64,000 bases of DNA from the human T2T-CHM13v2.0 reference genome, Homo sapiens, in NCBI RefSeq assembly GCF_009914755.1, contig NC_060934.1; one strand, written 5' to 3'. Positions 44,271 through 55,942 of this stretch are shown piece by piece. The position numbers and the translations under genes were made by a program. Under the pieces are notes generated by a model. That model was not told the origin of the DNA, did no database searches, and saw nothing but the letters and a program-made list of their open reading frames with translations. Numbering within the stretch: the first letter of the stretch is position 1; every line of letters starts with the position of its first letter.

Positions 44271-45347
44271 ACACCCTAGGTGATTCCCCGGCCTTCCCTG
44301 GGACTTCTGTGTCTGCAGATCCCTGGTGCAGATCCCAGGCAGGCAGAGGGCCAGAGCCCATCTGCAGTGATGGTTCTGCATACTGGGCGGGCTCCGATGG
44401 GTCGAGAACAGCTCCTTGGGCCTGGGGGCAGGACTCAGAGCCACATTCACGGCTGCAGGAGTCATGGATCCGTGGCCACCAGGGTCTGTGACAGGGAAAG
44501 CGCTACAGGCTGGAAGCCCTGTCTGGGGTTATCTATTTAATGGGAGATAAAGTTTTCATAGTACTAAAAAGTATTAGTCTTCAGAATTAGATATTTGCTC
44601 ATTTTTCCAAAGGCTGTGAGGTCTCTGAATCCCTCCTGCAGATCTGTGGCAAGCTGTGCACTGTCCTGTAGAGAAATGGCCCTTTCTAGATCTCCACTCT
44701 AAAAGCAGCAATAACAGGACGATGCGAGAGCAGAGCCTGGCCCCAAGCAGCGTGGGTCCCCAGGCATTAAGGATCCTCTGCAATGGGTTTCATTAGATGA
44801 GTTGTCTTTGGTTTTATTAAAATATGTATGCCCTTTTTATTAAGGCAGTATTGACCTGTGACCATGTGGGAGGACAAGCCCATGCCCCAGTCTCTGGCTG
44901 GAGGGTGTTGCCCCCTGGGCCTCCACAGGCTTCCTGATCAACCACCCTGCCATCCATGGGCACAGAAAACATCACCAGGACAGCAACAGGGGGAAGGCAG
45001 AGTGCAGCTCCCACCACGCCGTGGTCCTTGGGGTCCTCAGTTGGAGATGAGGGCTGCAGCTCCCCACCTAGGTCACAGCCCATGCCCCTCTATCCCAGCA
45101 ACCACTGGACCAGCCTCTACCAAGGCCACCACCAAGACAGCACCAGGCCACCTTCCCACCAGTCAGCAGCTTCCTCTCAACCTCTATTCGTTAGTAAATA
45201 AATTCTGATTCATGAAGCCATAACAAAACAAACTAAACAACAAAAAAACCTATCTAAGACACCAACATCCCTGAAAAACAAACAAACCAAACAAACAAAC
45301 AAAAAACAAATGGTGCTCTGCATTCCCTAAAGTGAATTCCTTTGCAA

Positions 45348-45735
45348 TGTACATGAGTTGCTGGGGCTGCTGTAAGGAAGGGCCATAGACTAGGTGGTTA
45401 AGTTTACTGCCCCCCAGTTCCAGGGCTGGAAGTCTGGGATCAAGGCCTCCAAGGGCCACCCGCCCCCTTAGGGTGCTAGGGAAGGGTCTATTCCAGCCTC
45501 TCCTTACTCATAGACAGCTGTGTCTCCCCACGTCTCTCCTCATGGTCTCCCCTCTGTGTGTCTATTGGTGTCCAAATTTCCCTTTTATAAGGATACCAGT
45601 CATACTGGATCAGGGCCCACCCTAACGACCTCATCTGACCTTGATTACCTCTTTAATAACCTTAGCTCCAAATACAGTCGCATTTTAAGGTCCTGGGGCT
45701 TAGCACTCCAGCATGGGAAGTGGGGCCTGTCCTGA
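45348..45735 (-). mobile_element. MLT1B/C-type MaLR LTR
   Basis: ttataaggataccagtcatactggatcagggcccaccctaacgacctcat...ctccaaatacagtcgcatt. Confidence 0.75.
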
Positions 45736-48700
45736 GTCAGCCCAGGGTGGGCAGTGGGTATGGGAGTTGCCCAGGCTGCTCAGAGCAGGGCACACAAAGG
45801 AGGCAGCAGCAAAGAAGCACTGGGAAGGGCTGGTTCTCCCATCATCAGGGACAAAGGACTGAGCCCCCCAACACCAGCTAGCCCTGCGGGGATTTTGCTG
45901 GGAGCTGTAAGACCAGGGTCCAGCAGAAGCAGAGGGCACACGAAGGGGGCAGGGACTGGGGTTTCCTGTAGGGGCAGAGGTGTGGGCAGTATGGGGAACC
46001 CCCAGGCCTGGAGAGAGGCTGACCCAGCAGGAGCTCAGGGGATGGTACTGGACCTCCAAACCTGGCTGAGAAAGAGGGACTTGGGTGTGGGGGTGGGGGT
46101 CACTGGGGCCTTGCCAGGAGGGGGCAGGGGATAAACACACTGTCCTCCCCTTGCTGGTCTCCCCCAGGGCCTCCAGGTGGAGGGACGGGTGGCACAGTTC
46201 AACCGCCCCCACCCCTCCGCCATCCCCCTTCTGCCCCATGTGGTGTATGCACAGGATGGGGCAGAGCTGAGCAAGCACAGCTCCTAAAGAGGAGGGCAGG
46301 AAACTTGCTGCTCTTACAGCCCTGCAGCCGCGGGGAGGCTTGATGCTCCCAGCAGGGGAAAGCAGAGAGGCAGCTCAGGCATGGCCAGCAAGGGCTTAGA
46401 CTTACAACTCCTTGAGGGCATCAGCAGCACCTAGACTGGGGATGGCAGAGTGAACAGTGGCTCAGGCGAGCTTCCCCGAAGTGGGGAGTGCGGGCCCATC
46501 ATTCTCACAGAGCCACAGTGGTGGTGGATCACACAAAGGGGAGACCATGAGGAGAGACATGGGGAGGGGACAGCTGTCTACAAGCAAAGAGAGGCTGGAA
46601 CACACTCTTCCCTAGCACCTTCAGTAGGTGGGCAGCCCTCAGAGGCCTTGATCCCGGACTATCAATGCCATGAGCATCTCCAAGCCCAGGCCCCGGGAGG
46701 GGGCCCCACTGCATGGGCCTCAGACAGCTTCTGACCAGCCAGCCCCACCCTGCCCCACCCTTACCTGCCCTCTCCTTCCCTGGAGAAGCTTGATGAGAGG
46801 GGCCCTGGGCCAGGCCTCTGGAAATCCTTCTGCTGCAGGCCTAGAGCTCACCAGGGTGGAAGAGGGAGGGGATGGGATAGCCCAGATGGGCCCCTGCTCC
46901 CAGCAGCCTCCCCACCCCCTGAACACTCCCCTCCACCCCACCTAGCCGGGCAGGCCCAGCTGGCCCCATTTCTCATTACTATTGATTATGGTGGCAGAGA
47001 CCTGCAGCACAGAATGTAAATCAGCATCCCTGGGGTATTTAACCTAGGAAGGGTTAGGTGGAGGTGGCATCCCTTATAAGTCCTGCATCTGATGTTTTTA
47101 TATTAATTCCTATAGTGGCCAGATTAATTTTTATTCCACTGACTATTATCTCTTCTTCATTGACTAGGAGACATTTCTGAGAAGTGCATATGTGTTGAGT
47201 ATCAGTCATTTAGTGGGGGGCTTCCCTGGCTGCAAGGTTTTCATTAAAGAAGGAAAATTCCTTTGCTCCAAAGACTCAGTCTGGAAATAATGCGCAGGCC
47301 AGCTGGTGTCACTGCCAGTGCTGCCGTCACCTGGGAGTGGGGTCTGCAGCTGCCTGGGAGCCTCAACTAAAGGGGCAGGGCCCCCTAGCCGTCCCTCATC
47401 CTCCCTCTCCTCCCAGCCTCCCAGGCCCAGCTTTGGCCTCACACAGGCTCTGAGTGAGCCTTCAGCAAGTGACCACCCCCAGCTCCTCAGCCCTTGCTCT
47501 GTGCTGGGGCCTCCCCTCCCACATCTCACAGAATCCGTGCCCCGACTCGGAGTGAGGTGGGACTGTCACTGCAGCCATTTTGCAGGTGAAGGCAATGCAC
47601 TTGCTATAGATTCCCTGACACTCAGTACTGTACAGGGTCATGGATTATCTTGGGTGGGATCCAGGCCTAGATCACAGAAATGACCACCCTTTTTGATGGG
47701 GTGGCAGAGGCACTGGATGGGTGGCTTCCAAGGGCTCCGGGCCTTGCATGAGGAGTCCAGCTGAAAAAACGGGTGTCAGAAGGCCGAGAGCTGTCTGCAA
47801 ACCCAAGTCTCTGCAGAGTGTGGTGTGGTGTGTTCTAGGAGCGTCCTTCCCCGCTGACCAGTAAGGCCAGGGCCAGGGGCATAAGTCCAGGGCACTGAGG
47901 CTGGGAACAGAGAGGAACATGGGGAGGAGGATGGAAGGGGGGCTCGGCAGCTCCGGGGATGCCTGGCCAAGCTGGACATGCTGCCAGTAGGTGGGGGAGT
48001 GCCTCCACTCTGAGACCCTCACCTGTCCCTCTCCCATCCTACAGGGTTGAGAGGAGTGGATCCCAAGTGTAGGCCCAAATGTGGAGCCAGCAGCAACCCA
48101 GCCACTGGGAGCTCATGGCAAGTGTACACCCCAGCCCACACCCCACATCCCACCCTGGGGCCTGGTGACCAGCCTCCACTGGCGCTTGGGAACCATGAGC
48201 AGGGTGGCTCAAGGGCCCCAGAGAAGAAACACCTGAGCTGGAGCCTCAGTTAGCTCACCTGTAAGATAGGGATGTTGCTGCCACCTGGGGATGCTGTGAG
48301 CTGAGTGAATTGGAGGGGCCAGTCCTGGGCTGCCTACTTGCCCACATGGTAGGGAGGATCTCCATCAGCTGTTCTCACCCCCCAAAAAAGAGGGCTGCCT
48401 CTTTGTCCAGAAGAGATGATTCAGGGACCAAAGCTTTACCTCCCTGAGGGATCTCATTCAGCCTTTCTTCCAGGGGCCAGACATGCATAACTAAAACCCA
48501 AACCTTTATGATTTGGAGAACGCTGATAAATTACAAATGCAAATGGGTAACCAGGCAACAGCCCCCCCCGCCTGATGCCAGGCTGGGTATCAGGGCTGGG
48601 AAATAGAGCAGAGGTCACTTCCTCCCACCTGGCACAGGTCACGAGAGCCTCAATGATGTGTCCTTTACAAAGCTGCTTTTATTTAGTTGGAAGCTGCTTC

Positions 48701-50149
48701 AGAGACAACTGTGAAGACAAAAAAGGTTGCTGTGTGTGGTGGCTAAGACATCAGCTGCATCTGAGGGGCTGGATTCTGCAAGGAAATAAACTATGAGGCA
48801 AGAGAAAGGCTTTAGAAGATCCTCCAACTGTTCTCATCGTTCTGTTAGCTGGTCTCCTGATGAGGTTCTGGGTGAGTCTCAGGGGCTGAGGAGGTGAGTT
48901 CAGGCCCCTAGGAGAAGAAGGAGGGGGGAAACATTTCCCTTCCCAGTGTGGGCCTTTCTACACCTACCCCTCATTTACAGCCTGGGATGAATCCACCAGG
49001 GCGGCTGTTCACACACAACCCTGTCCTGACCCCGTCCCAACCCCGTGCGCACCACCTCCCACCCAGGAGGGTGCCTAGGTCCCCATGAGTGCAGGGCTGG
49101 GTGGGTGAGGGTTTGAGGCAGGCCCTGAGGGCCAGGCCCAGGGAGGCAGGATACCCACAGAGGTGGAAACCTTAGGCTGACTTTATCTTGGCTCCAGTGC
49201 CGGAGCTGTTGAAAACGTGGCCCCAAATGTGCACAGAAGTCAGCAGGGTGAAGGGTGAGCTGCCTTGCCTGCTCTGCCATCAACGTGGAGGCCTGGAAGC
49301 TTTTTGCAGCCCTCAGGAGGGGTCCTGGAAAACAGTGCAGACACCCGTCCCGCCGGGCCTGGAAAACAAGCGTGCAATCAGCTCAGCCTGGCCCTAGAAC
49401 CACCCACCCAAACTGGCCCCAAGCCACAGCACGGACGATCTGGTGTGTAGTGCTTAGATGCCAGCCTCACTCGAACATGAGTTGCAACTGGGGCTGCAAT
49501 TCCAGGAGGGCACCCACACCTTCACAGCTCAGCCCCATCTTGGGCTGAGACTAGAGCAACTCAGGCAGGATGGAGCCAGCCCCACCAGCGGCTGCTTGGT
49601 ATCCAGGCCTAAACTGGGCAAAGGGCGGCTGCAGGACCCTGGGCAGGGCCCAGGACGGATGGGTGGGCAGGAGGGTGGGGGCCCATCTCTAAGCCGGAAG
49701 GAGAAGCTTCCAGACATGATTGCATCTGACCTTCTCCTAGCGTCTCCTCTCTCTGGCTCAGGGCCCACTGTGAGCTCAGCTCCGCACTCCTGGGTTTCAT
49801 CCTGGGGAACTTTGTAAAGTATCCAATCTACAGAAAATTGCCAACCTCTGGAAGCCTCAGCAGGACCAATGTCCTCCATGCAGAGCCCTTCTTATCCCCT
49901 AGGACCGCAGGCCCAGGCTCCTCTGGGGGTCAGGGCGGGGCACAGCTAGGAGGGAAGGGGAGTTGCTCTGGGTAAGTAAGATGCTTCTAAGCTTCTAAAT
50001 CAGGTTCCAGAGAGACCCCCACCCCTGATCCCCCACCCCCTGCTGGCCTGGAGCACTGAGGTCTTCCAAACCTTCCAGAACATTCTCAGCTGAGCACTCC
50101 CAGCCCTGGGCAAATCCCAAGGGAACCTGGAAAAGGAAGCCCCTCCCCT

Positions 50150-50470
50150 TGCTGGGATTATCGTACCCTTATGCTTAAAGGGCCAGAGGGAGAAGAATGT
50201 TTCTGTGCTTTTTAGAGAAACTCTCTCCACAAAACACTTCCTGATGCTTGTCTGACACCAAAAATCTATTAAAGTCATAAAGTTCTCCTGCAGAACGCTT
50301 CTCAAAAATGTATTTATCTAAAGGGCATCTGTGTTTGGTCTCCAACGCAAACGCTCCAAATGTCGGGCCCCGGGTGATTTATTTGGGCGCCTTGTTCTCT
50401 CCCTGCGAGTTGTTTTCAGCTCAAGCCCCTGGTTGCGTCGCTCCTTCCCCTGATGTTTATAGATGGCTTC
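50150..50470. promoter_or_regulatory. Candidate RET enhancer (~-8.3 kb; may be MCS-8.7)
   Basis: SOX-like+ETS composite, GTCATAAA, TGATTTAT and TGTTTAT motifs, locally CpG-retaining. Confidence 0.45.
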
Positions 50471-51512
50471 CATCCGCTCAGAGCCAGGCCGGCCAGGAAG
50501 AAGGGGCTTGGAGGAGCAGGTGAGCGTGCATCAAGGGGCTGCAGAGAGTGGGGCAGCGGACAGATGCTCCCAGCAGACCCCTGCACTCCCCACCTGCTGG
50601 CTGAGCACACTCCTGGCTGTCCTCCCTGCCCAGAGGGCATTCTCCTGGCAGACATTTGAACAGCAGCTAGGAATCCTCACCAGGTCCCCAGCTGCCCTAG
50701 ATGCTGGGAGTTCAGCAGTCAACGCACCTGAACCCACGCAGGCAGACGGGGAACATGAGACAGACCAGGAACAGACAACAATGAAGAGTGATGCAGGGAG
50801 TCTGGGGCCACAGACATTGCAAGGCCTTCCTCAGGCCACAGGGAAATGCAGCACAGCTAGGGCGCTAGGCTCCATGCAGCGCCAGTGCCAAGCATCTAAG
50901 CAGGGTGGGAAGAGGTGACTTCTGAGTGATGAGTAGGAGTTGGACAACAGAGGGGCTGGGAGGAGCCAGGAAGATCCTCCCAGGCAGGTGGGGGTCCAGG
51001 ACAGGGAACACCTGGGAGTCTGAGGGATGGGGAGTCTGGGGCAGAGGAGAGAGGGCTGGATGCTGAGGTCCCAGCATTAGTGATCAGGCCTGGGCCTCTG
51101 GCTGCATACAGAGTCCCCTGACAGCTCTTCATCAGCCTCTTAATACGCAGTAGCTCATCAGCCCCTTTCCAAAGAGGCCCCTGAGGGCAGGGCTCTGCCA
51201 AGGCTGAGCTGTGTCTGTGCTCCTAGCCATGCCTGCTGTAGGAAGGAAGTCCTGGGGCTGGGCCTGGAGGGAAGCAGAAGACTCTCCAGATAGGGGGTGC
51301 CCAGGGTGTACCCCTGCAGTGCCGCCCGTCTCCTCAGGGCTGTGCATTTTCAAGCTGCCTGGAAGCCAGGGCACAGAGGGAATGCTGCAAGAGCAGAGTT
51401 CCCTGGAACAATTCAACCGGCTGCTTCTCTGCTCTCCTTCCAGCAGGGAGGTGGGTGGCAGGAGCCCATCTTCCCCAGGCACCCCCAAGGAGAGGCTACG
51501 GAGATGTTTTTT

Positions 51513-51685
51513 AGAGCTGCATTGCTCAATAAGTATCCTGGCCACATGTGAATATTTAATTTTACATTATCTTAAATTCAATAAAATTAAACATTCAGTT
51601 CCTCAGTCACACTAGCCACATTTTAAGTGCTCAGGCAGCACAAAGTTCAACATGGTCATCGTCGCAGAACCTTCCCCTGGACAGA
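51513..51685 (-). mobile_element. MER3-like hAT-Charlie MITE
   Basis: aaattaaacattcagttcctcagtcacactagccacattttaagtgctca. Confidence 0.75.
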
Positions 51686-52989
51686 CAGAGCAAGCAGGGA
51701 GGGGCCTCTCTGGTTTGTATGAGGGGTCCAGGCATGGCGGGAAGCCCTGGGCAGGCCTCAGCTCAGGTAGCAGCACAGGGTAGTGCAGGGGCTGGAGGGG
51801 AAGTCCTGAGGGCTCTGCCTGCAACCAGCCCCAGGGCTTCCAAAGCAACAAAGGCCTGCGGGAGAGCCGGAAGGGGTACCAAGTGCCTGGGCCCAGTGCA
51901 GTACCTGAGCAAGTACCAAGTGCCTGGACCCTCTGTAGACACAGGGGCTGGAAACCACGCACGACCTGCACCCTGCACCCCACACCCAAGGGCAAGCAGG
52001 AGGGAGGAAAGGAAGGTGGCCGGCAGGCAGCTTACAGTTCCCTCCTGTCCCTGCAGCTCACAGCAGCTCCCGAGTGTGGAGCAAGGCAGGCTCCCCTGTG
52101 CACCCACAGGCCTGGAGGGCCCTGGCAGATACACACCTTGCCAGAGCCACAGCCACCTCCATCCTGGGCCCATGGCAGCCTGCAGACACCACTGGGGCAT
52201 TCAGTCACTGGCTTCCTGTTTGTCAGCATCCCAAAGCACCACAGGGTTTTTTGGCTCCAAAAGACCTCCTGGGCCAAAGTGAGCCTCTGAAGGTCCTGCG
52301 GGCAGGACACCTCTCAGAGGACGGAGGGCGCACTGCAACTTCCAGGGAGGCCAGCCAGAGGCTGCTGAGAGGATGCTCTCCGGGGAGGGTGAATGCCTGC
52401 CTGTTCCTGCTGGGGCACTGCGGGGAAGCCAAGGTTGGCTGGCCTCCCACCACCTCCCGGTGTCTCCAGGGCAGCACTGTCCCCCAGCACCATCTTCTTT
52501 GCCCAAGGTCAGCTCCCGGGGCCGCCCAGGCCTGACAACCATCACCTACATCTCTTCTGCCTTGGACCCCTGCACACATGCCTTGAGTTTGGGAGACTGT
52601 CCCCTAGATGTACGGGGAATGGAGGGACTTGGTTTTCTTCACTGCAACGTCTCTGTTTCCAAAAATGGTGCCTGGAATATAGCAAGGGCCCAGGAGATAT
52701 CTGTCAAATAAATAAGTGGGCTTTTCAAGAAGGACGAAGGGCAATTGTGCAGACTGGGGGAAAGAGAGATTCTCCTACCAGTGTTGGAGCAAAAAACAAA
52801 TCCTCAGTGGTCATTTTGGGTTTGGCGACTGAAGAGGAGAAATGCTGAGAACACTGGGAGCAGGCGGGGGCACACTTCCTCCCTGGAACCCCGCTGAATG
52901 GCAGCTCATGGTGGCCTTGGATGCCAGGGTTCCTCCTTCGAAGTGGCTCCTCTGTGGCCCTTCTGTAGCCCCTCCAGCTCAGACCTGGT

Positions 52990-53420
52990 TGTAGTTGAGA
53001 AGCCCAAGGAGAAGTTGTAAATAGGTTTTGCAATGGCAATGGTGAGCTTAATTTTTCATTGAGCTTACCTCCAGCTAATAACGAATCGGGGGGCGCTCTT
53101 TCACTCACAGAAGCAAAAAGGAAAAGAAAGGGCTTCCTAGTGACGAGATAATTTGTCAGAAAGTTATGAGTGGGCACGGCAGGGCTGTATAGGAAGTGTG
53201 TATTGAACAATACGACACACTGGCTTCTAATTGCTGCTGCCTTTCTGATCAATAATACATGTTTTCAAAAAGCCTTCTGCTTGCATTTACACAATGGACT
53301 GTAACTACTGCAAAGATCCATTAAGGCCTATTTTAAAAAGCGCATTCGTAAAAAGTTGTCTAAATCTGCATTACAAGGCAGATTATGAAACTGCCTTGGG
53401 AGATGTTTTGTCTAAAAAGC
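52990..53420. promoter_or_regulatory. Candidate RET enhancer (~-5.3 kb; likely MCS-5.2)
   Basis: AT-rich unique island with SOX, GATA, ETS and homeodomain motifs at the distance of the published element. Confidence 0.55.
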
Positions 53421-55809
53421 ATTCAGCCTGTATCTGCTGGACAGCTGACTCGAGCTTCCACTCTCCACGTTGCTTGGAGCCAGGATGCCTTCTCCAGAGG
53501 ATGCACCAAGCAAGGCACCGGCAGGCCTGAGGTCCTGTCCACAGACCAGCCGGCCTCTGAGCCCCTCGGGCTGGGGCTGCCTTATGTGAGCCAATCCCCC
53601 AGGAGCCTGGGTGGCCGCAGACATTAATCAACCCACCACTCCCGAATGTGTAATTCAAGGTCAGATAAGTGGTCCTCTGCGGCAAATAGGACTCTGGGGA
53701 CCCAGGTCCCTCCAGCACTGAGAAGGCTTCTGGTTGCATGGGGAGGGCTCAAAGCCTGTGGCCAAGCCAGGATGCAGAAGACAGGTGTGTGCTCTAGCAA
53801 GCCAGTCTCGTTGACCACCAGCCCCACACAGCACACAGGTGCGTGCTGTCACCTGTGCAGGTGGGAAGCCCGGACTGTTTGGGTCCAGGGCCCCCTGGCT
53901 TTCTATGCCACCCTAGCACCATCCAGTGACTGCTTGGGCCTCATGGTCTCAGCTCCTACAGCTGACAGGACAGAGGCTGATGACAGCGGCAGCTCGTGCT
54001 GATGGCCAGCGTCCCTGGGCTAAGGACTCTGTGCAGACTGACTGTCTGCATCCCCGGGGAACTTGGGGAGAAGGAGCTCTGCCTTCCCACTGAGGGACGG
54101 AGACTCTGGGTAACCCGCCAAGGACATGGGGACAAGAGACAGAGCGCAGACACACTCAGAGCCCCCTGCAGCCTTCCCACCATGCTACTGCCCCAGGCCA
54201 CACCTAGACAGCCCCCTGTAGGAGAGAAAACCCTGGCAGAGGGGCAGGAAACACTGCCACTGTCTGCTGAGCCCACTGATGCATCATTGGGCTTTACCCT
54301 CAAGGCAGTGCCCATGTTATTGCTCTCATGTCACAGAGGATGACACCGAGGCCCAGAGAGGACCACAGAACCTGCTGAGTGGTGTGGCTAGCCTGGCTCT
54401 GGTGCTGAGCGAAAAGGATGGAGATTCCTCCAAGGGAAGGGGAGGAGAAGACGGGCAGAGGGGAAAGAAGAAAGGAGGGCGAGGGAAGGAAATTCACAAG
54501 AGAACAAAGTGTGGGGACATGGAAAACTGAGGTGGGCAAAGTGATAATGATAGGTTAGTGGGAGTAGGTGGGCAGGCTGGTGGGAGGAGGTGGGCTTTCT
54601 CTGAACCCCCCAGGGTCTCTGATGGATATGTAGGCCCCTGTTGCTTTTGTTCGGGCACCCGGCTCCTAATCAGGCCCCAGGGAGGATGCAAAAGGGGTCT
54701 TCTCCCAGGCCAGGTTGAGGGCTCTTCTGCAAACACCCCTGAGGGCACCTGAGGCCCACAGGCAGGCAGGACCTGCACAGTTAGGTAAAGCCTGTCCTGC
54801 ACAGCCACACCCTGCAGGCCCAGGCCAGGTGTTCTGTGAGCATGCTCATGGAAGCAGCATATTTGGCATAGGGTGGGCTGGCTGAGCAGCCCCTCTGAGT
54901 GCCCTGAGAGCCAGCTGGTGGTCACTGGCTTCCTCCTCGCAGCTGCCCTGGAGGGCACCAACAGCAAGGCCAGGGAGGCAAACCGTGGGGAGCAGTAGAC
55001 CTGCCCCTCACCTCAATAGCCCGATGGGGGAGCAGAGGGCAGTGGCAGACAGATGGGAAACTGAGGCACCGACCACTTTGCTAACAGTGCACACAGCCAG
55101 CCTCAGAGTCTGTGCTTCCAACCACCATGTCACACTGCCCATGGGAGGGACCTGGACCCCTGCCCACGCCCACTCTGAGAGGCCTCGGTCAGCAGTTCCA
55201 GGAATGCCACCCAGCCTTCCAGTATCACCAGGACCGAGCTGCGCTCTTGAATGTGTTTCCCCCTACCTGCAAGTCACGAGGCACCCCCAGAGCCAGAGTT
55301 TCCTGTCACTGCACTCAGCCTCACTCCAACCATGCTTCTCAGTGCAGGCAGAGACCCCCATGTCACCTGGGTCAGAGGACACAGAGCATCCCGCCCGCCT
55401 CCCGCCAGGCAAACCTGCACAGGCATGGCCCAGATCTCTGTCCATGATGGGTTTCCCTCCTCCCTCCCTTCCCTGTGCTGCGTTTTGGTGCTTTGGGGTC
55501 AGACCTGAGGTGCTCCAGGTAATCTTCACCTGCTCAGAAGCAATGAATGACCTCCAAGTTCTCACATGCTACAGGAAGATGGTGTGAGCCGCCTGCCCAC
55601 TGAGCATCTTACCCTGCACTGGGGCAGAGCCTTGAAAATACCATCTCCTCACAGTCACCAGGGAAGGACACTGTTTCGGTCCCCATTTGAGAGATGACAA
55701 AACTGAAGCTGAGGAGTAATGTATGCAATGTCACACAACTATGAATGGCAAAATTCAAACTCAGGTCTAATCACTCCAAGCAGATGCCTGCACCAGAACC
55801 TCTTGGGGA

Positions 55810-55942
55810 ATTTTTTTTTTTTTCTTAGAGATAGTGTCTCACTGTGCTGCCCAGGCTGGTCTCGAACTCCTGGCCTCAAGTGATCTTCTTGCCTTGGCCT
55901 CCCAAAGTACTGGGATTACAGGTGTGAGCCCTTAGCCTGGCC
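55810..55942 (-). mobile_element. Alu left monomer (FLAM-like)
   Basis: Poly-T, then CCAGGCTGGTCTCGAACTCCTGGCCTCAAGTGATC...GGGATTACAGGTGTGAGCC. Confidence 0.85.
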
